Part shown: positions 1 to 10,795 of the stretch, one piece after another
Position numbering within the stretch: position 1 is the stretch's first letter
Layout of the letters: every line of letters begins with the position of its first letter
Assembly (NCBI GenBank): GCA_977020255.1
Contig: CDROCS010001647.1
Location: forward strand, 1-64,000
Direction: 5' to 3'
Length of the DNA: 64,000 nt
DNA from: Obrimoposthia wandeli
Lineage: Eukaryota
Made by a program: the position numbers and the translations under genes
Notes under the pieces: generated by a model
What the model was told of the DNA's origin: nothing
What the model saw: only the letters and a program-made list of their open reading frames with translations
Database searches by the model: none

Positions 1-49
1 ATATAGCTAAATAATCAGGGGCCTTTGAGCCCTTGAAGGAAAATGGTCT

Positions 50-749
50 ATGCGATTATTTACAACCTTGTTGATTGCGATTGTCCCTGTTTTCTCCGTG
101 CTTATGCCTTTGAACTCCCTATGGTCGTTTTACATCAGACCAAGGAAGTAAAAGTGAATATTTTTACCAAATTAATAGCACGACGGATAAAGCCTTGCTA
201 AAAGATTTTCGTTAAGCAACGCAATATATCCGGTGAAAGTCTGAACTATTTGAGCGACTCTGAAGATTTCTTCATTTTCCACCTCAGGTACTTATCCAGC
301 CGGGAAGAAACACAAATGATAAAGAGATTCTAAATATATTGAGTGAACTTGTCGATATATCTACATCTTACCGTATCGTCTTTAATGATTACCTATCAAT
401 GATACTTGACAAAAGCAGTATAAAAATGCTATTCAAATTGGGTGCACTCGCGTTTTGTTTCTGCAAATAACGTACAAATATTGCTACCGCAGAAATAATT
501 TATCAAGACAAAATACCAACAAAATACCCCAGATAACAAACCAAAGGCTCTGGCATCATTATTATTCAGAACTGTCTTTTTCTATGACAAAGTGAGCATG
601 CGAAAATTTACACATAGCAATGGGACCAATCTTAAGCACTTATTCGACCGACAATTTTTCTTGTTCGGGAGATCATTAATGTAGCTATGGATGCATTACT
701 ATTACCGCGAGATAGAAGCGCAGCATCAGTAACTATAAAGGTGGAGTAG
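50..749 (+). pseudogene. Fimbrial (chaperone-usher) periplasmic chaperone, multiply frameshifted
   Basis: Manual frame-stitching gives a signal-like MRLFTTLLIAI, then the PapD-type motif FIFPPQVLIQPGxTQMIK, then SYRIVFN, ending DALLLPRDRSAASVTIKVE* (TAG 747-749). No intact ORF. Confidence 0.7.
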
Positions 750-752
750 GTG

Positions 753-3283
753 ATGAGAGAGACTTACCAGCAGTTTCCCCTGCATACCTGTGGATATTGG
801 TTCTAATATTGCTGATAACATCCGGACATACAATCGGAATGACCTTTTCACTGCCGCTTGAGATTAATGAATCGAGAAATGGGTTCACTGCCGGTCTCGT
901 TAGATGGAGCTGAAGTCAATGCTGTATCACACTGACCTCGCTAAAATCGATACTCGGCCCTCGCGTATCTGAGCGTTGTTTGGCAAACCCTGTGGCCAAA
1001 GAGCATATAAAAATGATACCGCTGATGCCATGGTGCCACTTACAAGTGTGTGCAGAACAAGGGGATAGACACAGTATTCAGCTCAATGCTGATTCTTACT
1101 GAACATATCACCAGAGGCGTTTGAGGTCAATCTAATGTCGATTTTTGGTGAAGGTTTGAATTTATTCAGACATTCCTTCTAAAAGTGGCGAAGATTTTAG
1201 TTGGTTAAACGAAGGAAGTTATTAACTTTACGCATAACCCAGAGCTGGCAGGCTGACAGCAGTGATAACTTTCCTCCGTCGATTGGCTTGGACAGATAAA
1301 TATCGAGTGGGTACCAACAGTTTCAATATGGTGACGACCAATTACCTTGAAGTAGCCAAACAATGATACCAATATGTATTTCGCAGTGAGTGGAAAGCAT
1401 TTTACGATAATCAGCGCACCATTTAGGCTATCATCAAAGGATGTTCTATCGGGGGCAAGTTCGGAGTTCCGTAGGTCATCTTTCTAATAGGCTTAGGTGA
1501 AACGTCGATTAAGAGTGATTATGCCGAGTTACAGCGAACGCACTATTGGCCTAATAATAATAGCCAAGGCTGATCCTTAATGAAAGTGCTGCAATAGACG
1601 TTAGCATCAATGGCAGAATTATTTTAGTAGTCGCCAAGAGGCTGGTCGCTATAACCTGAGCAACTTACCCATGGCCAGCTAGCGCCAACGATATTGTCGT
1701 TAATATCACTTATCTTTCAGGCAGAACCAGGCGACTTATCTTTAGCCAGTTCTACAGCAATAACCTTAATGAAGGCATGATCAATTGCTTGGCGCTACAA
1801 GTGGGGTCCCGTCTGTTTTTACCGACGAAGGTATCAGTATCTAGATTCATGGGCGGTAACCGGGTTCGCGCTGAATACGGGGTGTCATCTTAGTTAACGC
1901 TAGGCTGATGATAGCCGAAGCGCAGTTGCCAAAATATGGTCGGAGTGCTGGGAACAACGGCAACGCTAGGAACTGATTAGGGCAATTTATCTGGGCGTTT
2001 GTCTTTTTAGTAATCTGGAAAATACAGGCGCTGGTAATATCCTGTCACATTTCACCTTTTTGAAAAGCTCATTAGAAGCAGTAAAAGAAGACAACACGCC
2101 TCAAGACTTTCAGATTAGGTATCGATTTTTGCCAGGATTCATTTTACGACGACAATCTGGGATGCGGATACTGTGGTGACATCAATACGATCGCTATTGC
2201 TTTACCGGTATGTCTGGCTGTTTAATGGGCATTGGGATGCCACATTATCAGGTGATTATTCTAAAGCGCTAGGGGATGAAATACTAAACGCGACGTTTTA
2301 AATTGAAACTATAAAACTGGGTAATAATTGGACCTTTAGTTCCAGGCGTTAATTACCAAGAGTAAGGCAGTATAATGATGCTGATATCGAATACTTTTTT
2401 CACTTTTTGACTGGCGTAAATACGAATATTAACAGTGGCATAGCTTTGAGTACCAATTGCCGAAGCGAAGTGTTAATAAATCACTGCCAGCCTAGACGTA
2501 ATCGAACGGGTCAAGACCGTCTATCCGGTAGTGTCCGGTTATCGCGTGCAGGCTGAATATGAGATAACCGCGACAGCCAGACTGCCCAGCGCCCACCTAT
2601 ACCGCTAACAGGTTAGGTTAGAGGGGCAAAGTTGAGCGTAAATAAAACCCGCAGTAGTGACGCCTCTTATTCTGCCTCTTCGCCATTAATACTGCTATTG
2701 GTATTGTTGATACTTGAGTCAGTTTGGGGACGAGCAACAGATGGCTTCCCATTCATGGTTACCCATCTTCACCCCTCGTTATCTGGACAAAGCCACAGCT
2801 AGGTAGGACAGCAAAGAGGACTATAAAGCGGCAGCTAATAGGAGTCATTGGAGGATTAATACTTCGGACGTGGCTTACAGCAAAACATTATCGATGTGAA
2901 TGCTTACCCAATGCGCCTGTCGGTTATGGCTGGGGAGAAAGCCGGATCATAATATCTCTGGCGCTACTACTGGTCACTTCTTAATGATCGGCTCCCGGAT
3001 AAGATTCTTATACCGCAAAGGGTGTTTTTAAAGATGCGAATGGCGACCCTATCTTCCCTACTTGCAGGGGCAAATTGTCAGTAGAGCAAGTCACAACTAT
3101 CATTCTTGCTTTTTTACAAATAAAGCCGGACGCTTCTATGTACAAGGCATAGGCCCAGGAAATACACAGTCATAATGGCGGATGACAAATATGAATCACT
3201 ATCAATAGTGATTGAACAAGCTGATAATACCATTTAATTGAACTTGGCGCTAAACATAAAATGTATCAAGGAGGGTGCATTAG
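753..3283 (+). pseudogene. Fimbrial outer-membrane usher, multiply frameshifted
   Basis: Stitched fragments MTFSLPLEIN..EMGSLPVSLDGAEVNAVS, AGRYNLSNLPMA..NDIVVNITYLSG, GVFKDANGDP, FFTNKAGRFYVQGIGPG. The ~2.5 kb length fits an usher and it follows the chaperone directly. End is approximate. Confidence 0.7.
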
Positions 3284-3284
3284 A

Positions 3285-4219
3285 GATCTTTAACTCAGTG
3301 CAAATTGATTTGACTTTACTGCTGGCCAATTTACCGTCTCTTTCTCTGGATTAGCGATCACACCAGAGTGAGATAACCCGGCAGCTTATGCTGGTAATTG
3401 GCATCTTGAAGATTTCGGAAACCAATTCATCCACTGAAGAAGAAAGAGCGGACGCAGGAGTTTGGATCCCAGGGTTGTATCTCGATAGAAGGTTGGCGGC
3501 TTGTGCTAAATATATAATCCTTACACCACCGCAAAGAGGTGCGCTGCTGTGCGCGGTGCTCGCTCTCAACATCGTTATGAATTAAAGAATAGTGCTCCGT
3601 CAAACTCTGACTGTGATAGAGTAAAACAACTATTACATTCCAGTATTGGGTAAGCAAAATTTAGTTTATGGTTATATATATACCGGGCAGTATAAGGGCT
3701 TCGCTCCGGGGCGCTATCAAGGCACACTCATTGGGGTATTAAATAATAATACCGCGAATGAAATATCGAAGGAACGTACACCTTTAATTATCAGGTTAGG
3801 CCATATGCTCCGAGCTAAAATGGCAGCAGCAGTTGGAACCAGTCATCAGGAACATCAGTGCGTCTTCGCCCGGGGATTTAGCCATAAAAACAATTAAATG
3901 ATTTACCCATATATATGAAATGGCCTTGTCGATTATGACACGGTATTTGACCTTTGAATAAAGGCAGTCTGGTGAGTGGTACCGGAATAAGCAAAACAAG
4001 GTGCCTTACCAGCTCTATTTTCGCGGTAAAGAATCGGCAATGAGTCAAACGGCGTTTAGGCTAAACAACCCGTCAATCTTCTCAACAAAAATGATCATGT
4101 CATTTTTCAAAATGCAAAGCCAAACCTTTTGCTCGTGCAGGGGGCAGTATGAAGATATAGTCACTATCAATTTTAAATGCCGAGATAGCATGTATTTGCT
4201 TGAAAGAGTCAAAGTTTAG
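3285..4219 (+). pseudogene. Probable fimbrial tip adhesin/pilin-domain gene, frameshifted
   Basis: Fragments YGYIYTGQYKGFAPGRYQGTL, KVPYQLYF and C-terminal GQYEDIVTINF resemble pilin G-x-Y-x-D-x-I-T-x-x-F ends; lies just after the usher. Boundaries approximate; could be two genes. Confidence 0.45.
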
Positions 4220-4386
4220 GCCTGAAGAATAAATCAGTTTAGTAAAAACGCTAAAACTCAACAATATCGATATTCAATCTTTGCCTGTGTGATATCGCTA
4301 TTATTAACTCATCAATTTGGTGCTCGCACTGAATAACCCGGCATTAATCATTATTAATAGACGAGATCATCATCGCCAATACAGCC

Positions 4387-5430
4387 ATGAACATTACGCC
4401 CAGCACTGCCTCAGTTAGGCTGGAAGCATTTTTCAACAACAGCTGACGTTAGAAGAACTGACTGAATTGCTGTTAGTCGCGTTGGCAGAACAACACCGCA
4501 GTATGAAAAGTATTGTGGTGATGGCTGAACAAGGCCAACCAAGTCCGTTAACCTTAGCGCCAAACAGCGAGCGTGTTTTGTATTTGGTGACTGGTATTGT
4601 TTGACGAGACATTAAGAGTCCATAAAACTTAGAACGCCAATCATTTGTTTGATCGTAAAGCGCACCAGGTTCAAAGGTTGATACGCAACTGGTACGCGAA
4701 TATCGACAGCGTGATGATCATTGTGTTCGTTGAATAACGATTTTAACTTTAGGCCGTAAGGCGTTACGGTTGCTAAAGAAGCGCAGGTTGAACCTGTAAT
4801 TATATTAACCAAAGCCGATTTATGTGACGACGTTGCAGGTAAGCAAGCGGAAGTACAAGCGCTTGATTCACTGCTTGCTGTGTACGCAGTTAATGCGTTG
4901 GATAGCCAAGATTTAGAACAGCTTAGTAGTTTCTGCAAATCAGGTAAAACCGTGGCCTTTTTAGGTTCATCTGGCGTGGGTAAATCGACATTAGTAAATG
5001 GCCTGTTAGGCGCTGAAGCACAGCAGACCGGTGGTATTCGTGAAGACGATAGCAAAGGTCGCCATACGACAACGTATCGGGCATTAAAACAAAGAAATTT
5101 CAAGGCGGCATGCTATCGGATACCCCATAAGATGCGCGAATTGCCAACTAAGCAGTTGTGAGACTGGCGTGAGCGAAACCTTCAGTGAAATAACCGCCAT
5201 CGCAGCGCAATGTCGCTTTTGCAATTGTTCGCACGACAGTGAACCGGGCTGTGCGGTTAGAGCTGCAAATGAAGATGGTTCTTGCCATTACGCCTAACAA
5301 GTCAAAACTAAACCGCGAGCAAGCCATGAATAGCGCGACGTTAGTAGAAAAAGATCGAAAGATAAAAGCGTTAGGAAAACTGGATTAATACCGCAAAAAC
5401 GAAGCTAAGCGTTTTAAGAGAGGGGGCTAA
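4387..5430 (+). pseudogene. rsgA: Ribosome small subunit-dependent GTPase RsgA paralog, frameshifted
   Basis: Circularly permuted GTPase order: IILTKADL (G4), then [12 protein letters not shown] (G1), KGRHTTT (G2), and a downstream Zn-finger-like C-x-x-C..H.SEPGCAV stretch. Broken over several frames. Confidence 0.85.
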
Positions 5431-5489
5431 GTTAAGGGGGATTTTTTAATATCAAATTTTAATGGCAGTCATTGAATTTGCCGAAGGTT

Positions 5490-5519
5490 AGATCAAGAAA
5501 GCCTCCAAATAAGGAGGCT
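5490..5519. terminator. Hairpin AAAGCCTCC-N5-GGAGGCT, copy 1 of a dispersed repeat
   Basis: AGATCAAGAAAGCCTCCAAATAAGGAGGCT between convergent rsgA and DUF3103; near-identical at 7015 and 14655. Confidence 0.7.
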
Positions 5520-5573
5520 AACTTCAATGAACAACTGCATGCCGATTACAATTGACCCAATTTAAGTAATAAA

Positions 5574-5597
5574 TTACCTACTTACCTACTTACCTAC
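5574..5597. repeat. Tandem repeat (TTACCTAC)x3
   Basis: Read directly; overlaps the DUF3103 stop codon. Confidence 0.9.
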
Positions 5598-6809
5598 CTT
5601 GGATCAATGACTAGAGGGGTGAAGGTTGCTTTTGCATTGCCCCCTGAACCATAGTGATTTGTGTATGTTTCACCTTCTTGTAATGTGTAATAGGCATCGA
5701 CAAAATCATCATCATTAGTAAACCAGGCATCAGGTAAGGCTTTGAGTATGCCATTGGTGATGGTGGCTACAATAGCAAAGCCTTGTACTTCAGGATCTGG
5801 GATCGATTTTAAAATTGTTTCCGCAGCAGAGAGAAGTGCCGTAGCAAGTTCTTTTGTAATTAGTACCGTCATCATGCTCCATCAATACTGGCATCTGCCG
5901 CAGCCCAACGATAGCGCTCCCAATGAATGGCGACTTGATTTGGATAGTATTCTTTCTCGGCATAATCAAGATAAGGCATTTCAATGATATCCAATACTGG
6001 CTTATCACGAGTTGGGTTAATGCCATTTACTATCGCGTATACCTCTGCAGCACCTGATATCCAAGGTTCTTGATCATCTTGTAAGCTTATTTGATTAATC
6101 ACTGTGGTCGATATCGGTTTATCTGCAGTTCTAGACGCGCGCTGCGCTGAAGATGAACACTTGAGTGGTTTTGCTGAATCAGTGTTTTAGCCAAGATCCG
6201 CGCATGACAGTTAGCCCTTCGTACCGTTTGTTGTTTATCTAATTCAACCACGAAAAACCGGTCTGTCCGGCAGTTGGTATACATCTAGCAGCGCTGAATA
6301 TTACCATCTACATCATAAGCTTTCTCCAATATTAGCCCCAGTCTTTATCGCTGGGCAAATAACGGTGGCACACCTTGCTGCCAGTCACTTAGCATACTGG
6401 CGTCAGCGAGACGAAATTGCACTATATTCGGATTCTCAACACGCATAAAAGAGGAGCTTTGTGCTGATCGAGTTGATAAACCTTTTGCCGAACGAATCGC
6501 TTGCTCGCTTTTATGCAATGCTTTAGTCGCCACGCCGCCCGGACTGTAATACTTGATCCGCATTGACGGTTAAATTATATCGATTGATGTCAGATTGCAG
6601 CGTCGGCAAGATTTGAATATATTGTCGACTGAGTTCCAAGGCTATTTTAATGTTTAGCATTGAAACACTGATACCGTGTTCAGGTTGTTTTTGAACTATT
6701 TGCTTTGTATCAAGGTCAGGTTTCGCTGCAGAAACAAAGGAGGAATTAATTAACGTGAGAGGTGCGATAACCAGCATCGCTAAAGTTACTTTTTTTCTGG
6801 CTAGAACAT
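5594..6809 (-). pseudogene. DUF3103-family secreted protein, frameshifted
   Basis: Fragments join to MFSQKKVTLAMLVIAPL (signal-like)...INQISLQDDQEPWISGAAEVYAIVNG...MPYLDY...HWERYRW...EHDDGTNYKELA...DAWFTNDDDFVDAYYTL, which I recognise as DUF3103-like. Confidence 0.7.
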
Positions 6810-6854
6810 CCTTATCAATTGTTACCCATTTTAACCGTTACGGGTTTGATTTAA

Positions 6855-6883
6855 ATCGTATTGATAATGATTATCAGTGTCAA
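6855..6883 (-). promoter_or_regulatory. Sigma70 promoter with a Fur box in the spacer, upstream of DUF3103
   Basis: Minus strand TTGACA-17 nt-TACGAT. Plus strand 6863-6881 GATAATGATTATCAGTGTC matches the Fur consensus GATAATGATAATCATTATC at 16/19. Confidence 0.8.
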
Positions 6884-7014
6884 AGGCTTTGTTTAAACTA
6901 TGCTGTGTTAGATTGTTTTTCTGCATTTGGGGGCTTTTAAATTATGATTAAAGTCGTTATTCACTTATGGGTATTTCGAGTTTGTATGCTTATGTTTATA
7001 CAGACTTTACCCCA

Positions 7015-7044
7015 AGATCAAAAAAGCCTCCAAAGAAGGAGGCT
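7015..7044 (-). terminator. Hairpin repeat copy 2, downstream of phasin-like copy 1
   Basis: AGATCAAAAAAGCCTCCAAAGAAGGAGGCT. Confidence 0.7.
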
Positions 7045-7077
7045 CATTTCAATTTAACCGCGATGGTTAATGCATTA

Positions 7078-7500
7078 TTATGCTCAGTAGTTTCTTTTTT
7101 TGCTTTAACTACTTTTTTTCGGTGCTGTATCAGCAACAATATTTAGCTCTACGCGATCATTGCAGTTAGTTGGTCAATTTTGGCAACTTTCAACTTCACT
7201 GATTTTTTGAACCTTGGTCGCCAGTAAAACGGCTAGTGATGCTTTTAGTTTTAGCTTCAACTGAGCTTAACGTTTTTTTAGAAAAAATTGCAGACGTTTG
7301 CTCTTTCAGTTTAGGTTCTACTTGCGTACCGCGCTCAACAAGTGATTCAAATAATTGCGTTGCTTTATCTGATGATTTTGATGCTTCATCAACGATAGTG
7401 CCATAAACACCAAAACCAGCAGTGATAGATGTTTGCAGTGTCTTTTTGCAACAGTTAAGATAGTTTGTGCTTGGTTAAGTAATTTACTCATGATGATCAC
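7078..7500 (-). pseudogene. Phasin (PhaF/PhaI)-like protein copy 1, frameshifted
   Basis: Clear paralog of 14705-15082 (MSKLLNQAQTILTVAK...), with a longer Lys-rich tail IAELNIVADTAPKKVVKAKKETT. Confidence 0.7.
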
Positions 7501-7689
7501 TCCTAGTTAGGTAATTTTGATTAAGGTTTCTTTCAACTGAGGCAATCATATTGGTTTTATTTAGAAAGATAATTCCAGAGTAAAAAATAAATTATCTAAA
7601 CATTATAAATACTGGCTTTGCTTTTCTAACTAAGCGTAAAACATACCTTCTGTAACACCGAACCACACATTCAATACTGATCGTTTGTT

Positions 7690-9327
7690 TTACAGATACT
7701 TCTCTATAGGCAATAACTGTAAAAATCCAGATTTAAAACGTTGCCACTGGCTTGTCTCTGGATCATGATCCCAGCTTTGTGTTGCTGAATGCCAACGCAC
7801 ATCGCCGTCGTCTAAATCTAGATTCCAGCTGTTATCTACATGCATCGCTTGCTCAATATCATTCGCCAAACTTATCGCGACAGCTTCATTTTCAATAATC
7901 AAAATAGATTCTGTATTAAGGTAAGTTGAGCGTAAGTTGTAGTTAAACGAACCGATGACCGCGATCTTTCTATCAAACACTGCTGACTTAGCATGCAGAC
8001 CGTAAGCCGCGATTGGTGCACATTTCGATACGTCTTTAGTCGATGCTTCACACAAACTTGATTCTGGTTTTAACTCGAACAGTTGTATGCCGCTTTCAAG
8101 CATGTCCTGACGTCGGGCTGCGTAACCAGAATGATTAGCCACTAGGTCGTTAGAGGCTTGAGAGTTGGTCAGCGCTTTTACCTGCACACCTTTGTTGGTT
8201 AATGTGAGTAATTTGTCGAGTTGACCATCATCGAATATCAGATAAGCAGATTCTAAGATCACTTCTTGTTCGGCGTTAATCGCTAATTCACCGAGTGTTT
8301 GGGCTGTCAGTTTCGGTTTGCTGGTATCACTGGCATCGGTAGGTACTGGTTGGTCATAAACAAAACGTGCTTCTACCCAAGACCATTTATTCATTGCATC
8401 ATTTAATAAGCGCTTGGCAGTCTGCTTGTCTGCCGGTAACGCGGGATAGTTTTTGTAGTGGGGCGTTGCAACTTCATCTAGCAGGGTGAATTCGACAGGT
8501 TCTACACTGTTTGTTTGTGAATTATTTTCTAGATCATTGCTTTGTTGATCGTCATTTAGTGCATTACCGTCTGTCAGTAAATTAACAGGGTAAGACCATT
8601 GGCTGTTCCAGTATTGTCCAAAGCTAGTTTGAATATCGTTTACCACTGGACCTGATACCAGCACATCGCGATCGCGGAAATTGATGTCATCAGCAAGGTC
8701 AAAATATTCATCACCGATATTACGGCCACCGACAATCGACACTGCCCCGTCGACAGTAAATGACTTATTGTGCATGCGGCGGTTTAGGCGAGAAAAGTCC
8801 CCCATAAAATTAAACCACTTAGTGTATCCGCGAGCGGGTATTGGATTGAATATGCGAATGTCTATTTGCGAGTGGCTATCAAGTACCGCTAGCAAAGCCT
8901 CTCGTTCGTTAAGGTTGATATCATCAAGCATGACTCGAACCTTAACGCCGCGATCTGCTGCTGCCAGCAGGCGACTGGCTAGGTAGCTTCCAGATACATC
9001 GCTGTTCCAAATATAATATTGGATATCAATGCTGTGCTCTGCTGTTTCGATAAGTGCCAAACGCTGCGCTAATGCATCCCAACCGCTATCTAATAATAGG
9101 ACCGCACTCATTGAAGCCTGTGCTTGATTTGGCAAAGCTTGTACGAGTTCTTGTTCTGCCTCTGGCTCAAGTTCAGCTTTATGAGTATCAACCAATGTCG
9201 ATAATGTGCTGACTGGCTGCGTGACCAAGGGCTCTGCAGGATGCTTAATCTCTTCGGGCAATGACGCGCACCCTGTCAGCGTGACGATTAAAAATAGGGT
9301 GGCAGTGATCTGTTGCAGCACAGGCAT
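7690..9327 (-). CDS. Phospholipase D family lipoprotein (ClsC/YmdC-like cardiolipin synthase type)
   Basis: Two HKD motifs (HNKSFTVD, HAKSAVFD), GGRNIGDEYF, GSFNYNLRS, and lipobox LTGC. Confidence 0.9.
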   Translation of the reverse strand: MPVLQQITATLFLIVTLTGCASLPEEIKHPAEPLVTQPVSTLSTLVDTHKAELEPEAEQELVQALPNQAQASMSAVLLLDSGWDALAQRLALIETAEHSIDIQYYIWNSDVSGSYLASRLLAAADRGVKVRVMLDDINLNEREALLAVLDSHSQIDIRIFNPIPARGYTKWFNFMGDFSRLNRRMHNKSFTVDGAVSIVGGRNIGDEYFDLADDINFRDRDVLVSGPVVNDIQTSFGQYWNSQWSYPVNLLTDGNALNDDQQSNDLENNSQTNSVEPVEFTLLDEVATPHYKNYPALPADKQTAKRLLNDAMNKWSWVEARFVYDQPVPTDASDTSKPKLTAQTLGELAINAEQEVILESAYLIFDDGQLDKLLTLTNKGVQVKALTNSQASNDLVANHSGYAARRQDMLESGIQLFELKPESSLCEASTKDVSKCAPIAAYGLHAKSAVFDRKIAVIGSFNYNLRSTYLNTESILIIENEAVAISLANDIEQAMHVDNSWNLDLDDGDVRWHSATQSWDHDPETSQWQRFKSGFLQLLPIEKYL

Positions 9328-9447
9328 TTGTAATACTTCCTTTGATTATTTAGGTAACCATATCATTAGGGGCTGTTTTCTGCTTATTTTTTTATATACA
9401 GTGTCTATATGGAAGTCGCAATATTTGAATGGTTATATTAAGGAGTC

Positions 9448-9642
9448 ATGATGAATAGTAGATTAAAATGTACGGCTACAGCGTTGGTGTACTTGGCTGT
9501 TTTATCTGGGTGTACCACTAAGCCTGAAACTATCGAAATTATTAACCCGACCGACTTTATTGACAACACCGCCGCTGTTAACACGATTAACAATTCACAA
9601 CTGATAACGGTGACGTGGTTTGATATCCACTTATTGGCATAA
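9448..9642 (+). CDS. Small hypothetical lipoprotein (63-64 aa)
   Basis: RBS AAGGAG, lipobox VLSGC; lies 27 nt before the AEC transporter. Confidence 0.55.
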   Translation: MMNSRLKCTATALVYLAVLSGCTTKPETIEIINPTDFIDNTAAVNTINNSQLITVTWFDIHLLA

Positions 9643-9669
9643 TAAAATTATTTAAAGAAAGGTATTCGG

Positions 9670-10626
9670 ATGTTTTGGCAGTCTCTTTATTTCTCATTTT
9701 CTGTGACAGGCCCTATCTGCATATTATTGTTTTTGGGCTATTTTCTAAAACGAATCAAATTTTTTAACGATGCTTTTGTCGATATTGCATCGAAATTAGT
9801 TTTTAAAGTGACCCTACCGGCCTTACTCTTTTTAAGCATTGTTAATTCGGATAAAACGGTCGAAATCAATGCCACTTATATTGCCTTCGGCCTTGTTGCG
9901 AACATCACTTTCTTTTTGTTTATCACCCTTGCCTGCAAGTTATGTATTCAAGATAAACAAAATCATGGGGTGATTATTCAAGGTGGATTCCGCTCAAACA
10001 CGGCGATTATAGGACTTGCTTACGTGGCGAATGTCTATGGTGATTCAGGCGTTTCGCTCGCGGCAGTCTATGTTGCGTTCACGACCGTGTTATATAATAT
10101 TTTAGCCGTTATATGCTTAACACCAACGCAGTCAAAGCTGGGCTTAGCAAGACTTAAAGATATCGTCACTTCTATTGCTAAAAACCCATTAATTATAGGC
10201 ATTATGCTTGGCGTGCTGTGTTTAACGTTAAACATAAAAATACCCACTGTGCTGGTCAGTACGGGGCAGTATTTTGCCAATATGACGTTACCTTTAGCGT
10301 TATTATGCACAGGGGCAACACTTAATTTATCGGCGCTACGAAGTGATGGTCGGCATGCTTGGTTTGCGAGTTTCTTTAAGCTACTGCTTGCGCCAATCTT
10401 GATCACCGGCAGTGCGTATTTGTGGGGGTTTAGTCAGCTCGAAGTCGGTTTGTTATTTTTTATGACCGCAGGCCCGAGCGCCTCAGCGAGTTATGTGATG
10501 GCGCGTTCAATGGGTGGCAATGCGGATCTTGCCGCTAATATCATCGCGACAACGACTGCGGGATCTATCATCACTTGCAGCTTAGGTATTTCGATCTTGC
10601 ACAGTGTTCATTTTTTCCCATCGTAA
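9670..10626 (+). CDS. AEC (auxin efflux carrier) family transporter
   Basis: About 10 TM segments; LVFKVTLPALLF, RSNTAIIGL, NPLIIG, LALLCTGATL, AGPSASASYVMA motifs. Confidence 0.9.
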   Translation: MFWQSLYFSFSVTGPICILLFLGYFLKRIKFFNDAFVDIASKLVFKVTLPALLFLSIVNSDKTVEINATYIAFGLVANITFFLFITLACKLCIQDKQNHGVIIQGGFRSNTAIIGLAYVANVYGDSGVSLAAVYVAFTTVLYNILAVICLTPTQSKLGLARLKDIVTSIAKNPLIIGIMLGVLCLTLNIKIPTVLVSTGQYFANMTLPLALLCTGATLNLSALRSDGRHAWFASFFKLLLAPILITGSAYLWGFSQLEVGLLFFMTAGPSASASYVMARSMGGNADLAANIIATTTAGSIITCSLGISILHSVHFFPS

Positions 10627-10672
10627 GGGCATGATCTTAAATCTGTCTATGGGTATATCCTAAATTTAATTC

Positions 10673-10750
10673 ATTTCCATGTTTATCGAAATAACGTTGA
10701 CATCGTTTTATCACATCGGTATATTACAATTATTCCAGAAACATCGAAAC
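10673..10750 (+). promoter_or_regulatory. Sigma70 promoter flanked by two ArsR-type operator-like sites
   Basis: TTGACA 10697-10702, 17 nt, TATATT 10720-10725. Sites ATTTCCATGTTTATCGAAAT (10673-10692) and TATTCCAGAAACATCGAAAC (10731-10750). Confidence 0.7.
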
Positions 10751-10795
10751 ATCTAAACATTAAATAGAAACAACAAAAAGACAGAGGCAGATATT

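Noticed and set aside
2724-3999. Short ORFs 2724-2984, 3351-3572, 3388-3585, 3427-3657, 3796-3999
   Set aside because: Off-frame or antisense by-products of the frameshifted fimbrial genes.
4612-5103. 163-aa minus-strand ORF
   Set aside because: Antisense shadow of rsgA.
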